64,000 nt of DNA from positions 18,290,001-18,354,000 of the forward strand of contig NC_045717.1 in assembly GCF_009834535.1 (NCBI RefSeq), in the 5' to 3' direction. The DNA comes from Camelus ferus. Its lineage: Eukaryota. Shown one piece after another: positions 38,994 to 50,966 of the stretch. Under the pieces are notes generated by a model. It ran no database searches. It was not told the DNA's origin and was given only the letters and a program-made list of their open reading frames with translations. Position 1 is the first letter of the stretch, and each line of letters opens with the position of its first letter. A program made the position numbers and the translations under genes.

Positions 38994-41900
38994 GTGGTAG
39001 AGGTGACTTCTAGGAAAGAGGAAAATAACATGACTAATTTTCACAGCCATGTGCTTTACTCACATGTTTGAAATGCTATGACTTATATTTTGCAGTTGTG
39101 AAATTAAATGAAATATTTTGTGTATGAATATCATCTACTTTAGGAGATTCCCCTTTGTCATCGCTGATACAAAATTTTTGTCCCAATCAACTCCTTCCCT
39201 AAGGGGTAATGTATTCTATAGTTTTCATTAGAAAAGTTTCATGCATTTCAGGAATATAAACTGAGGCAGTCTAGGCAATTAAGTTATTGCTGAAAAACAA
39301 AATAGGGCCCTACCATTCAATGGTGGAGAAAGAAAATATAAGCAAATAAGAAAATCATAACATTTTAGTTAGTGACAGATGGTATGTAGAAAGGGTAAGG
39401 CAAGTATATAGGAGAAGGTCAACAGGGCATTCTATTTTTAATGGATATCCAGGCATGACCTGCAAACAAGGTGATGTTTGAACAGTGACCACAAGCAAGA
39501 GAGGGAGGGAGACGCAGGTTATGTGAGGAAGTGTATGCCTGGCAGAGGCAGTGCCAGTGCAAAGGCCTTGAGGAAGGTGCTTATTTCAAATGCTCAAGTC
39601 AAAAAAAAAAAAAAAAAAAAGTGAAGCCAGTCACAAGGTGAATGAACATGAGAAAGAGTGATGAGAGATGATATCACACAAGCTGAGGCGGGAAGTGGCC
39701 TCTGCACTACTGCTGAAACCCAAGGCACAGCGACTTCCATGTCCTTAGTAAATCTTACAGTTTATTAATATTGTTGCAAAGGTGTCCCATGAATTGAAAC
39801 AGACCCCCTGCTTAGCACCTCCCTTGACTGAGTTCTGGCCCGGGGATTGTTAGAGTCACCTTGGAAAATACGAGACCTGGTACCCCTGTTCAGAGAACTG
39901 CTCACACCCCACAAGTAACAAATACACACAGAGCACAGTATGGCCTCCTGCACTATGTCACTTCCATGTCCTTCTCAGCCCCAGCCTTACTGATCACACC
40001 AGGAATGCATAAACCCAAGTGGACTCAATCAATGATCTTCCCCCTGTGTAATGTAGAAAAGGTTCCCGGTAATCCCAATTCTTAAGCATCCCTTGGACAA
40101 GTAAAACCGGAGCTCCAAATGAGATGGCCTTTTTCTGGTGTGTATTAAAACGAACATTTAAAAAATCTGCTCAGTATATTGGGGTTGGGAGGAGAGGGAG
40201 AGAGAGAGAATAAGAGAGAGAGAGAGGAGGAATGATGTGGGGAATAAAGATCTAATAAGCTCAATTGGTCCCTGAGAGGCTGTAAGGAAGAGGAATCTCC
40301 CCTGATTCCGGCAGCTTTCCAACCCTGATTACATTTGCTTTATGTCCAACAAAAATAATAAGAGAACAAAAAGAAGTTTGTCCAACAGACAAAAGTAGTG
40401 GTATTTTTATGGTGTCAAACACTTTACATAATGTAACACCCAAGAGAGAATGAACAGAGGGATAAATCAACACTTTCCAAAAGAAAATATATAACGTGTA
40501 ACAAAAGTTGGGCATTTCTGGTATCAAGCAATAGAAGACTTTTCCCCTGTGCCTATCCCATAGTTATTTAACCAATCAGTTTTTATATGGTCCAGTAGGG
40601 GATGAAGTTGGCCCCTTTGTCACTTTTCTCACGTGAAGTCTTTCCTTCGTTGCTCTTGGGCTCTGGGTTTTAATCGCTTTTTGGACAAACCCACACTCTA
40701 ATCCTGGTTCTGGACTTCGTGCAACATGCATAGCTCTCCCCAGACCATGCCCTATAAATCCTGTCTACACCATGAGAATTCTGTGCTTTTATGCTGAATC
40801 CCTTTCTTCATATGGTTATGCCTGAAAACGTCATGTCATAACACATTTATTTCATTGTACTCTGTCCTCATTATCAGGCTGCATGTTCCAGAAGGGCAGG
40901 GGCTTCACCTGCTTTGATCACTGTCGTAGTTTTCACAAAAGTGTGTGAATATATGTGCACTTATACAAAAACTCATCTAAGAGTAGGAAAAGTTATAAAA
41001 TTAAAGACAAGAATAATGACAACAGGTTAAAATGAGTAGCTTCAAAAAACTGTAGTGAGCAAAACTGAATGAAGAATCAAACACTAACTCAAATATAATA
41101 TAAAAATAACAATTTAATGATATCAACATGAATTCATATTTAGCTTAGTCAAGACCTTGACATAAGATAAGATAGCATGTAATGTACCTAGAACTTTCTG
41201 GTACATATCAGGTGTTCTATTTTTGTTGTTGTTGAATGATCAGGAATTAGGTCACAGTAGATATGAACTTTTACCAGACAGCAAAGTGTGTTTCCATTTA
41301 ATTGGAAAAGTCTGGATTGTTTAAAAAACCTGGCATAAATGGCTATTTATCTGGAAGAATATGAAATTGGTCTCTTTGTTTACCCATCTTACAAAAAAAT
41401 CGGGGGTAATACAACATCAGTGTAAGAGTAACCAACAAGCAACACATTTTAGATGAATGTCTAGAACACGATGTATACAATTTACAGGTGGCAAAACAAT
41501 CTCCAATAAAGCAAGAAAGTCAGAGGTAGGAAAATAGATATATTTAAATAAAAATTTTTAATTTTACTGTCAGAAAATATCCTCCAAGATCAATTGGGAA
41601 GCAATGATTTGTAGAAATCTTTTGAAATGCTGAATATTGTAGAAAAATGGGCAAATAATATATGGGCATATAATAATAATAGGCAAATTAATACAGTGAT
41701 CAAATATGTAAAGTTTGTGGAAACTGAGCAGTAATTTAAGAAAACAAGAAACATCTTTCACATTCATAAGCCTGGAGGAAAAAAGACTTAAAGAGCCGTC
41801 GCACTGGTTGGGGTTGGAAACTTCAAACTGGTAGCAAAAGCTGTACCCTAATTTTGCTGGCAGAAACATAATATGTTACAAGACTGGAAAACAACTTGAA

Positions 41901-42599
41901 TATATTGTTATTGCTATAAATATTACAAATAATTGTATTCTTTAACCCAGGTTTTCAGTCTCAGTACTATTGACATTCTGGGCTGGATGATTCTCTGTTG
42001 TGTGGTCTGTCCTGTGCACTGAATGATGTTTACAGCACCCCAGACCTCCACCCACCCCTCTCCAGTGTGACAGTAAAAATGTCTCTGAACATTGCTCAGT
42101 GTCTTCTAGGGGAAAAATCCCTCACCTTCCCCATTTGAGCCACAGTTGGAACTTAAAATCTCAACATATTTTTCTAGCATTGTTATAATAGCGATTTAAT
42201 GATAGCGAATATGAATGATCATCAAACGTGTGAGTAGCACAGCCACACTGTGAAATATTATGTGGCCCCTGATAGAAATACATTAATTAGTTAATCAAGC
42301 AAACTAACAAAAACAGCAATGTCTTGCCTCTGGGCTAAGTTGAATTGGTTTCCATTCTCTCACCTTCTTATGCACGGTCAGCTGGGTTGTTGGACTCACC
42401 TGGATGGGAATTCTGAGAGGGAGGTCTCCGTGTGGGAGTCTGAATTCTTCCCTGAACGGTGGATGATGGATTAATACCTTCTCCCCAGACAAGACAGCAG
42501 GATGGAGTGAAGTCCCCCAGCCAGAGTTAGGACTCCAAAGAAAGAAAGAATAAAGAAGACACTTCCAGCCCAATATTACTCACACCGAGAGACTGCAGA

Positions 42600-42690
42600 T
42601 GTGGAGGTGTTTATAGCTCCCTCTGTCTGCTCATTAGCACATTTCTCTCTTGTTATTTCAACTTCTAAGCACATAATCCCCCTGTGGAAA
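42600..42690 (-). promoter_or_regulatory. Putative OR-d promoter cassette
   Basis: O/E-like 42677-42688, TAATGA 42631-42636, TATAAACA 42608-42615; donor GTGAGT at 42399. Confidence 0.7.
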
Positions 42691-43056
42691 ATTGTTTTGA
42701 AAGGAAGGAAATTTTTCCTAATGATTCTCTATTCACAAGGGGCAAGGGTAGAAGTCAAGTGAATCTAGTTCTCTTTTGTTTTTTTCACTCCTTCTTGGCG
42801 AAATTGCCTCCCTCCTAGATCTTTAAATCACCTAGCACCTTATCTCAGCTCTGAGTTAGTCCAAGTCTAAGACTGAGGAAAACTGTCTGGATTAGGTCTC
42901 TTGTATCATCAAAGCATTGACTTGTACTGGGGACACAGCCCTTGAATCTCCAGAAAATTTCTATTCAACAAGGGGGATAACTGAGTTCTTTTGGCAACAA
43001 ACCCTGGGCATTACATGCATTATTTTCATGAGGATTTTGCCATAACATTTAGGAAT

Positions 43057-44915
43057 TTAATACCAATAAGTACATACAGTATTGCTGTCTATTTCTCCCT
43101 TTTGTTCTGGGAATAGTTGGCTTATATAGTCAGTTGCTTTTATGCTGGATGCATATATATTTTTAAATCCTGTTTTTGGATTGACCCTTTTTACCATTAT
43201 GTAAAGCCATTCTTTGTCTTTTATTACAGTCTTTGTCATCAAGGCTACTTGTTCTGATGTGATATACCTACTCCAGCTTTCTTCTTGTTTCCATTTGCAT
43301 GGAAAAAATTTTTCCATTCATTTACTTTCAGTCTGTGTGTCCTTATATCAAAAGTGAGTCTCTTGGAGGAAGTACATAGATGGGTCTTTTTATAAAAAGT
43401 CCATTTAGCCAATCTATTTCTTTTGCTGGGAGAATTTAGTCCATTTACATATAAAGTAATGATTGATAGGTATGTGCTAATTGCCATTTTGTTACTTGTT
43501 TCATTGTAGTTCCTCTCTGCTCCTTTCTTCTTCTTTTGCTTTCTTCTCTTGTGGTTTGATGACTTTCTTTATTGTTATGTTTAGAATCCTTGTTCATTAT
43601 CTTTTCTATATCTACTATAGGTTTTTGCTTGGGGCTACCATGAAGCTTACATATAACAGTCTATAATTGTAATAGTCTATTTTATGTTGTTAACAACTGA
43701 AGTTTGAACACATTCTAAAACTCCACATTTTTACTCTTCTCACACATTTATTTTGTATATCCTTTAATTATTATAGTTAGTTATTTTTACTACTTTAGCT
43801 TTTACCATTTGTACTGGCTTATATGTAGTTTATCCACCACCTTATTATATATTTACCTTTACCAGTGAGACTTACACTTTCACGTGTCATACGCCTTCTG
43901 GGCTGGGGTGGGGCAAGAGCATATGGTGGTGGGGCAAACCCACCTGCAGCGGGGCTGTGGATGGGCACACGAGTAGGGCAAGCCCACTGACTTCAGAGGG
44001 GCTGCAGGGTTGTCTGAACCAGGGAGGGCCTCCGGCTGCATCAGGGTCATGGAAGAGCATGTAAGCCTTCTGGCTCCAGTGGGGCTGTGATGAAGTCCAG
44101 AGCCAGGCCAAGCTTGATGGCTGCTGTGGGCCTGTGGATAGTCATGGGTGAGGGATCTCTCCAGCTTGCAGGGTCATGGGAGAGGCAAGCCCATGAGTTG
44201 GGCAAGCCCAGTGGCCATAGCATTGACGTGAGAGAGTGTGGGAGTGGGGCAAACTCCCCAGTTGTAGTGTGACACAGGAGATTGCAAGGGTGGAGCCAGC
44301 CAGCTGGCTGCACAAGGATGTGGGGAAGCATGGAGGTAGGGCACTGTCATGTCTACTAGCAAGGAAGAGGGAGTGCAGTCATGGCACCTGCCAGTGGCAG
44401 TACTAGTAAGGTGACTGGAGAGCATGAAAATGATGCCTGCCAGTCTGTGCCTCTGCACTCAGAGAAACCACTGCAGGCCCAGCAAGTGCTTTAATTAGAT
44501 AATGAGTCTCCTTAATGTGGGGTTTAGGCACTTTTCAAATTGCTGTTTTTGTGCCAGGTCCTGGGATGAGTGAATCTGTGCATGAGCTCTTTAAGAGTGA
44601 ACTTTACCTTTCTCACTGACTTTTGGGTCTCCTGGACTTAAGTCTTACTGGTTTTCAAAGTTGATTTTGATAACTTGTCTCTCTGGTGCAGGTCCCAAGG
44701 GTTGGTGTGCCTGATGTAAGACACAAACCAATTGTCCCTTAGGGGAAATCTCTGTCGATGGGATACCCTACCCATTTGTGGGCCACCAATGCCAGGGGTG
44801 GAGTTTTTAGAGAGACCACTTCTCTGTTTCTCCTACCACTTTGATGTGGCCATTTTATCCTTTGTTGTGGAAGAGATGTTCAGATAGCTTTCAGGTTTTT
44901 TTTTTCAGAGGAAAT
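43057..44915 (-). mobile_element. Rearranged L1: 5' UTR (about 43890-44915), ORF1 largely absent, start of the ORF2 endonuclease (43057-43487)
   Basis: MAISTYLSIITLYVNGLNSPSKRNRL and KKKAGV...KDKEWLYIMVK match the L1 ORF2 endonuclease N-terminus. Confidence 0.75.
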
Positions 44916-44969
44916 TTGAGGTTCCCTTCTAGGTAACTAGGAGATGTGGAAGGACATGGGTTTGTGCAG

Positions 44970-45050
44970 AAAAACTGTAGTCCATGTATCATTCCCTGGT
45001 TCCAAGTGGTAGAAGCAACTACCAGGAAACAAAAAAAATAACATGACGAG
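44970..45050 (-). pseudogene. Remnant of an OR7A-type gene: acceptor plus about 9 codons, remainder deleted
   Basis: The reverse complement reads ...tttcctggtag ttgcttctaccac TTG GAA CCA GGG AAT GAT ACA TGG, against OR-f ATG GAA CCA GGA AAT GAT ACA CGG. It then joins sequence matching OR 3' flanks. Confidence 0.8.
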
Positions 45051-46104
45051 TTTATCAAAAAATTGGCATTGCAAACATTGTTGTAAGTCTACAATTGGTA
45101 TTTTGCATTCAAAAAATTAATATCCATAATTTTTGTACGGAAACTTCCCCTTTAAGCGATCCCCTGTGCCGTCTCTGAATAAGAATTCCTATTCCACCTT
45201 CAGCCTTCCCCCAAGTGGTCATGTATTGTACACTTTTAATGAGGAATTGTGTCATGCATTGGGGAATATAAACTGAGGACTGATAGACTTCCAAACAAAG
45301 AGTATAGGGTGCTGAGAGACAACAGTTCCTATAGTCCAATGATGGAGAAAGAATATAAGCAAATGAAAAAACCATACAAATTTTCAGATGGTGACAGATG
45401 CTGTGAAGAAAAAGAAATCAGTTATAAAGAAGAGAGTTAATGGGCTTATTATTTTTTATTGGGTGTTCAGGTAGAATGGCAAACATTTGAACAGAGGTTT
45501 TGAGGAAGAGAGGGCAGGACACACTACCTGGGGGAAGTGTGTGCTGGTCAGAGGGAATGGCCACTCGTTTCAGAAGATCAAGTCTCAGAAGGAAGCTGTT
45601 GTATCCAGTGGAAAGTACAAGAGGGAGGGTGGTGATAGATAGTGTCAGAGAAGTCTGGTTCCATGTAGAGGAGTGTCTGCCAAAAGAGAGGAAGAAGCAT
45701 GACTGAACCAACTACCAACAGGAATTCCAGAAGTGTGGTCACCTTTAGCTTGACCCTATGTATTGATGAGACAATGCGTTTGTTTAACGGACTTTTCTCT
45801 TCTGCCAATTTGGGATTTCCAAACGCAGCCGTCTTCTCTTGTATTGCCACCATTCGCTGTAAAACCTACACATGAAAACTAATTTTGTCCCCCGAGCAGA
45901 CCTCATTTTTTTCAACAGCCCTGACACCTGATCAGCCAGTCTTAGTCCTCTCATGTGTACTTTTTTTTTTCCAATGGAGAAGCAAATTTTATTAATAGAT
46001 TAATTAAATGTAATATATACAACACTACGAAGATTTCAGATGAGTCCATTATATTTTGCCTAATCTACTACGATATAATGCTAATACTACATTTTGCAAT
46101 TATA

Positions 46105-46320
46105 CAATTATTTTTTATTTTTTATTGAAGTGTAGTCGATTTACAATGTTAGTTTCATGTGTACAGCAAATTGATCCAGTTATACATATACATACATATA
46201 TATATTTTAAAGATTCTTTTCCATTACAGCTCATTACAAGAGATTGAATATAGTTCCCTGTGCTACATAGTAGGTCCTTGTTGTTTATCTATTTTATATA
46301 TAGTAATGTGTGTATATGTA
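46105..46320 (-). mobile_element. Short L1 3' fragment
   Basis: ttttattgaagtgtagtcgatttacaatgttag...acaagagattgaatatagttccctgtgctac. Confidence 0.72.
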
Positions 46321-47954
46321 CTCTTAATTACTATTGTGACATATCTTTTAAATTATTTTTGTACTTTTCCTTTAAATACCTTTGTAATAGTTTTAAAATA
46401 AAAATAAATATTATTATCTTAATAAAAATGATGCCTCTATGTATATCCATAAGTTATGAGAATATCATGATATTGTCTACACACTTGATTAATTTAAAAG
46501 TATTGTGGACAAATCATCAGAGATGAAATTGAATCATCAACCACATTTACCTCCAGGAAAGGCACGGTGCTACATTTTGAAATCCTAAAAGTCTATTTGC
46601 AATGCATTAACATAATACATGACATATAATACAATAGCAGCTACACAACAAAAGTCAACTCCATAAGATGAGTGGAATTTGTATCCCAAGTTTATAGAGA
46701 AAGAACCAAAAACCTACATATGAAGAACCAAACGCCTAAAAGTTTTATTTTCTGTCATGAGGAAAACACTCAAGAGGCACGTGTAAATTAGAGCATGCAG
46801 AAATTGAACTACTGAGTCCCACATTCTACCACCTAACATCAGACTTGACATGGCAGGAGGATGCTTGGTGGAGAAGGCTTCAAAATACTTGCACCTGACT
46901 CTAATACTGGACCATAGCAGTGGTACTCAAAGAATGGCTCACAGACCAACCTGCAGAATCAGTATTAACTGGGAGCTCGTTATCAATGCAGAATCTCTGG
47001 GCCCACGTTAGATCTGTCATGGCAGAATCTGCCTCCGAACAAGATTCCCAAGTGATTCCTATGAATCTCCTATTGACGTTGGAGATGTCATGATTTGGTT
47101 GTCATCTCCTCACTGTTGACAATTGTTCTGGGTAATTCTTTGTGGTGGGGACCACCCTGCGCATGGCAGGATGTTGACTGACATCCCTGGCTCAATTTGC
47201 TGGGTGGCAGTAACACCTACCCAGTTGTGACAACCAAAAGTTTCTCTAGACAGTGTCAATATTCTCTGAAGGCAGATCATCCCATTTGAGACTCACTGGC
47301 CTAGAGCATGAGAACTGGAAAACTTGAAGGAGTTCCCATCAAAGCCAGTCCCTTTCTCAGTTCAAAACTTGTGGCAGATCACTTAACCCTTCTGAGCCCT
47401 GATTCTGCAAATGTAAAGTGAGATTCATAGTAGTACTGACCATGCAGAATGGATTTTTATAAAAAATAAAATAAGACAATCCGAATAAATTCTAATCTCA
47501 GTTCATGGTGCATAAAAAGATCTAGATTTATCTTATAATTAAGCTTTTTAAAAAAGAGAATGAATAAATGACAGCTCTAAATTAGAGTTACAAGCATGAA
47601 TCTCTTAAGTGATTTATCAAAAGTCACAAGAAGCCAAGGAATATGTATATACAGTTTTGTAGCAAACAAACACACCTTCTCTCTCTTGTTCAAGTAGGTT
47701 CACCAATGTTATGGGGTATCAGGAGCTATACTCCCTGGAGAAAGACAATAATTTGGAAGACCATGGAACCTAATCAAGACAGGTTCCTCAGTTGCAGATA
47801 GGAGAAAATATTAACTCAAGGTCAGGATAAAGTGCAAGACTTGTGAAAGGCAGGCGAGTTCATTAGAAGAAGTAATAGAAACTGGATTCTCCTGACTTCT
47901 AACCTGGTCTCCTGGGAACAGAATAAAGCAGGGAAAATTGTCTTTGTTTCCAGT

Positions 47955-48045
47955 GTCCCACAGGGAAGTGATGCACTCAGGGGTGAGAGTAGCAATGGAA
48001 ATTTTGCCTAATGAGCAGACATGGAAAGTGGTAAATATCTCCCCT
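47955..48045 (+). promoter_or_regulatory. Putative OR-e promoter cassette
   Basis: TCCCACAGGGA 47956-47966, TAATGA 48009-48014, GGTAAATA 48030-48037; donor GTGAGT at 48249. Confidence 0.68.
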
Positions 48046-49493
48046 GCTGCAGTCTCTCAGGCTGGACTATCTTGGGCTGGACAGGACCTGGTTGTTGTGT
48101 TTTGGGGTCCTAAATCTGACTGAGGGACCAGTGCTTCACTCCTTCCTTCTGACCTACCTGGGAACAGAGCTTCAGTCTACATCATCAACCACCCACAGAG
48201 GAACTCAGATATCTGCACAGAGATTTCCCACTCATAGACCCCATCCAGGTGAGTCTGAGAGTTCAACAGGTACTTCAGAAAAGGTTGAGAGAGAATGGAA
48301 GTGGCAAACTCTTATCTGAAGTCACCTCTGAGCCTAATCAATCTGCCCCAGACCCAAGATATTTGCCATATTTGTTGGCCAAGGTTACTAATTAACATAC
48401 AGTTCATTTGTTTAATATGTTAAAAAGAGAAGTGTCTGTTGGACTCTGCAATGCCAGGGTCGTTGCTGACAATTAAGTGATGGGAATGGAAGCCCAGTTG
48501 AATGAAAATGAGAAAGGAATTGGAAGCATAAAGTGTTTCCGGTAAAATTAGAACCTATTAGAGAAGTTCTGCAGTTAAGGGGAGTAAGAAAATAGAGTAC
48601 TGGACTTGGAGGCATGTGCAGTGAACTAAAGGCATTTTTTCCCCCAACTTTTTAGGAAGGGATGTATTTAAGCATGTTCTGTATCTATCAGAAAGACCCA
48701 GACTCATGGAGGTAGATACTAACGTGCAAGTGTTCTTGAGACATACATTTCACAGTATCTTCTCTCACCTTGGGTATTCATATGAAAAAACTGTATTTAA
48801 TATGCAAAATGGATATGCTAAGGAGCTTTATTTTGTAACTCTTCATTACCCAAGAGGCAGGGAAGCAATGGAGACATTTTCCAGGTAGAAGAAAAAAGAA
48901 TCAGCCAAATCTCATCACCAGTGACAATCATTCACTTAGTAACATGAAAACACTATGCTAAGTTTTTTATATATATTGACTAAATTTGTCTACCAACCTA
49001 GGAAGATGGCTATCACTAACCCCACTATTTGAGTACGGATATTAACATTTACGATGGATCTGTAGTCTCACTAAATTCAAACAGCTAATATATGGTAGAT
49101 TTGAGATTCAAAAATTGGTTTTCTGATTCAAAAGTATTTTTGTATTTAAGATCATTTACAAAAGTCTTTTACCATTTATGTTTAAAGTCTCATCTGTTTT
49201 TATACATTGTGTATTTTCTGTTGTTACTTTTTCTAACATAATGATGTCTAACAATTTCTAACAATTTTCTAACAATAATTGTTAGTTTTTCTGGTGCCAT
49301 GTTCAACCAGTAAGTGTCTTGACTTTGTAAAGAAATGGCTCCTTTCTCCTTCGATAAATTGTTTTAGGCGGCTGTATTAGGTATTCTGGGCGTCAAGGAG
49401 ATACAACTGAGGTTGGACTCCAGCCAGAACCAGGGAAGCTTTCTCCTCATCACATTTTCTCAGGTACCACCTGAGCTTATTCGATCTTGTTTT

Positions 49494-49652
49494 GTAGATG
49501 AAGGGGGGCCAGCATGGGGGGGGGGCATGTGTATACCACCCAGGCCATCAGACTTCTAGAGGGTGAAGCGCCTGCAGAAATGATGTAGACATACTCCAAG
49601 TCCTGTGCACGGTAACTAGGCAGCCACCAAGAGATGTGACCCACAGCTGGAC
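49494..49652 (-). pseudogene. Degraded OR7-family TM6-TM7 fragment inside the OR-e intron
   Basis: Translates to CGSHLLVAA*LPCTGLGV...SRSLMAWVVYT...PMLAPFIY with frameshifts. It aligns by eye to OR7C 12987-13140 and is flanked by CTTGTTTT direct repeats. Confidence 0.8.
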
Positions 49653-49892
49653 CTTGTTTTCCTCCACATGTCTTTTTCTTTCTTGTCTCACTAATTTTTT
49701 TGACAGTTTATTTTTTAATACAGGGCACAAAATGGTCATATTAAAATGAAGCTTCACAGGAGGCTTACCAACTTGAATTTGGGTTTCTACATTCTCTAGG
49801 ATAAAAATAATTTGATGTTGGCAACTTGCCTGGTATCATTTCTTTCCTAATGATTGTGGCTGGAAGTGAGAAGAGCCAGGGAGTAACAATCC

Positions 49893-50034
49893 NNNNNNNN
49901 NNNNNNNNNNNNNNNNNNNNNNNNNNNNNNNNNNNNNNNNNNNNNNNNNNNNNNNNNNNNNNNNNNNNNNNNNNNNNNNNNNNNNNNNNNNNNNNNNNNN
50001 NNNNNNNNNNNNNNNNNNNNNNNNNNNNNNNNNN
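49893..50034. other. Assembly gap (N run)
   Basis: 142 N. Confidence 1.
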
Positions 50035-50061
50035 TACGTGCGTGTGTGTGTGTACGTGTGT

Positions 50062-50092
<31 letters not shown>
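50035..50092. repeat. (GT)n microsatellite abutting an assembly gap
   Basis: Direct reading. Confidence 0.92.
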
Positions 50093-50096
<4 letters not shown>

Positions 50097-50966
50097 GGGG
50101 AATAAGCAGTTCTCTGGGCAGTGGTACTAAGTTTATATACTCCAAAATGTGACCCTTAAAAGGCAGACACCATGATGTTAACCAACACAAGGAAATAAAG
50201 ATGGGGCCCATTTCTATTCACAGGAATCATTTAAAACAAAATAAAAAATGTGAAAAGAACGACACGTGAGTGAGGGACTCCCTGTGTCTTGAAGGTTCAG
50301 CTGCAGCAGGGAGGCCACCTTGCTCTTCAACCCTCTCTGACACCGTCTCTCCTCACTCTCCCTCTTGCTCGTTCCCATGGACACGTTGGTTTCCTTTTGA
50401 GTCTTGAATATTTGAAACAAGTTCCCTCCTCAGGACCTTTGCACTGAGTCTTCCCCCAACAGGGCACACTTGTCCCCTAGATAACCTAGTGTCTCCCACT
50501 TTGTCTTCTGTCAGATCTCTGTTCAAATTTCTCCTTGTTTTCAGGTCTTCCTGAACCCCCAGTAAAATATAAAGGCTCCAGTAGCTCTATTTCGTACCTG
50601 CTTGTATTTTCATAGCACCTGTCACCTTAAGACCTGGTATATGTTTTTTATTTGCTAATTTATATTCTTTCTTCATCATTGGATTGCAGAGAGTTTTGTT
50701 GTCAGCATCCCACACTTTTACTGTAGAAGGTGGTCAGTACTCAACATAAATTCTCAAAATGCATGAAAGAATTTTGCTTTAAAACTGTGTAATACATGAC
50801 CTCTTGGGGGAAAGGCTGAGTGTCAGACAGGAATTTATAGTCACGGACATCACAGAAGATTCCTTATGACTGAAAAATATAATTCACAGCCTTTCACTAG
50901 GTGAATGCCCACAGTGTAGAAATTAATCAGTTTATTTTTTTCTTTCCTGGTAGTGATCACCACCAC

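Noticed and set aside
13863-39012. NAGNAG tandem acceptors (CAGCAG OR7C, TAGTAG OR-b, TAGAAG OR-d)
   Set aside because: Real, but in the 5' UTR with no protein effect, and not conserved in the other paralogs.
13859-39050. In-frame upstream ATGs giving 19-36 aa N-terminal extensions in OR7C, OR-b, OR-c and OR-d (ORF track)
   Set aside because: They lie upstream of a conserved polypyrimidine tract and AG, so they are intronic. The ATG is out of frame or absent in OR-e and OR-f. The canonical Met precedes the N-glycosylation site.
43887-44460. GC-rich stretch with several ORFs
   Set aside because: Contiguous with L1 5' UTR-like sequence; no coding signature.
31185-45245. TTTTAATGA motifs resembling the H-element/Greek-island 13-mer (about 31191 and 45235)
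   Set aside because: Imperfect, no adjacent O/E site, and not kept in OR-d; expected by chance in AT-rich DNA.
21384-50211. ORFs containing long X runs
   Set aside because: Artefacts of N gaps.
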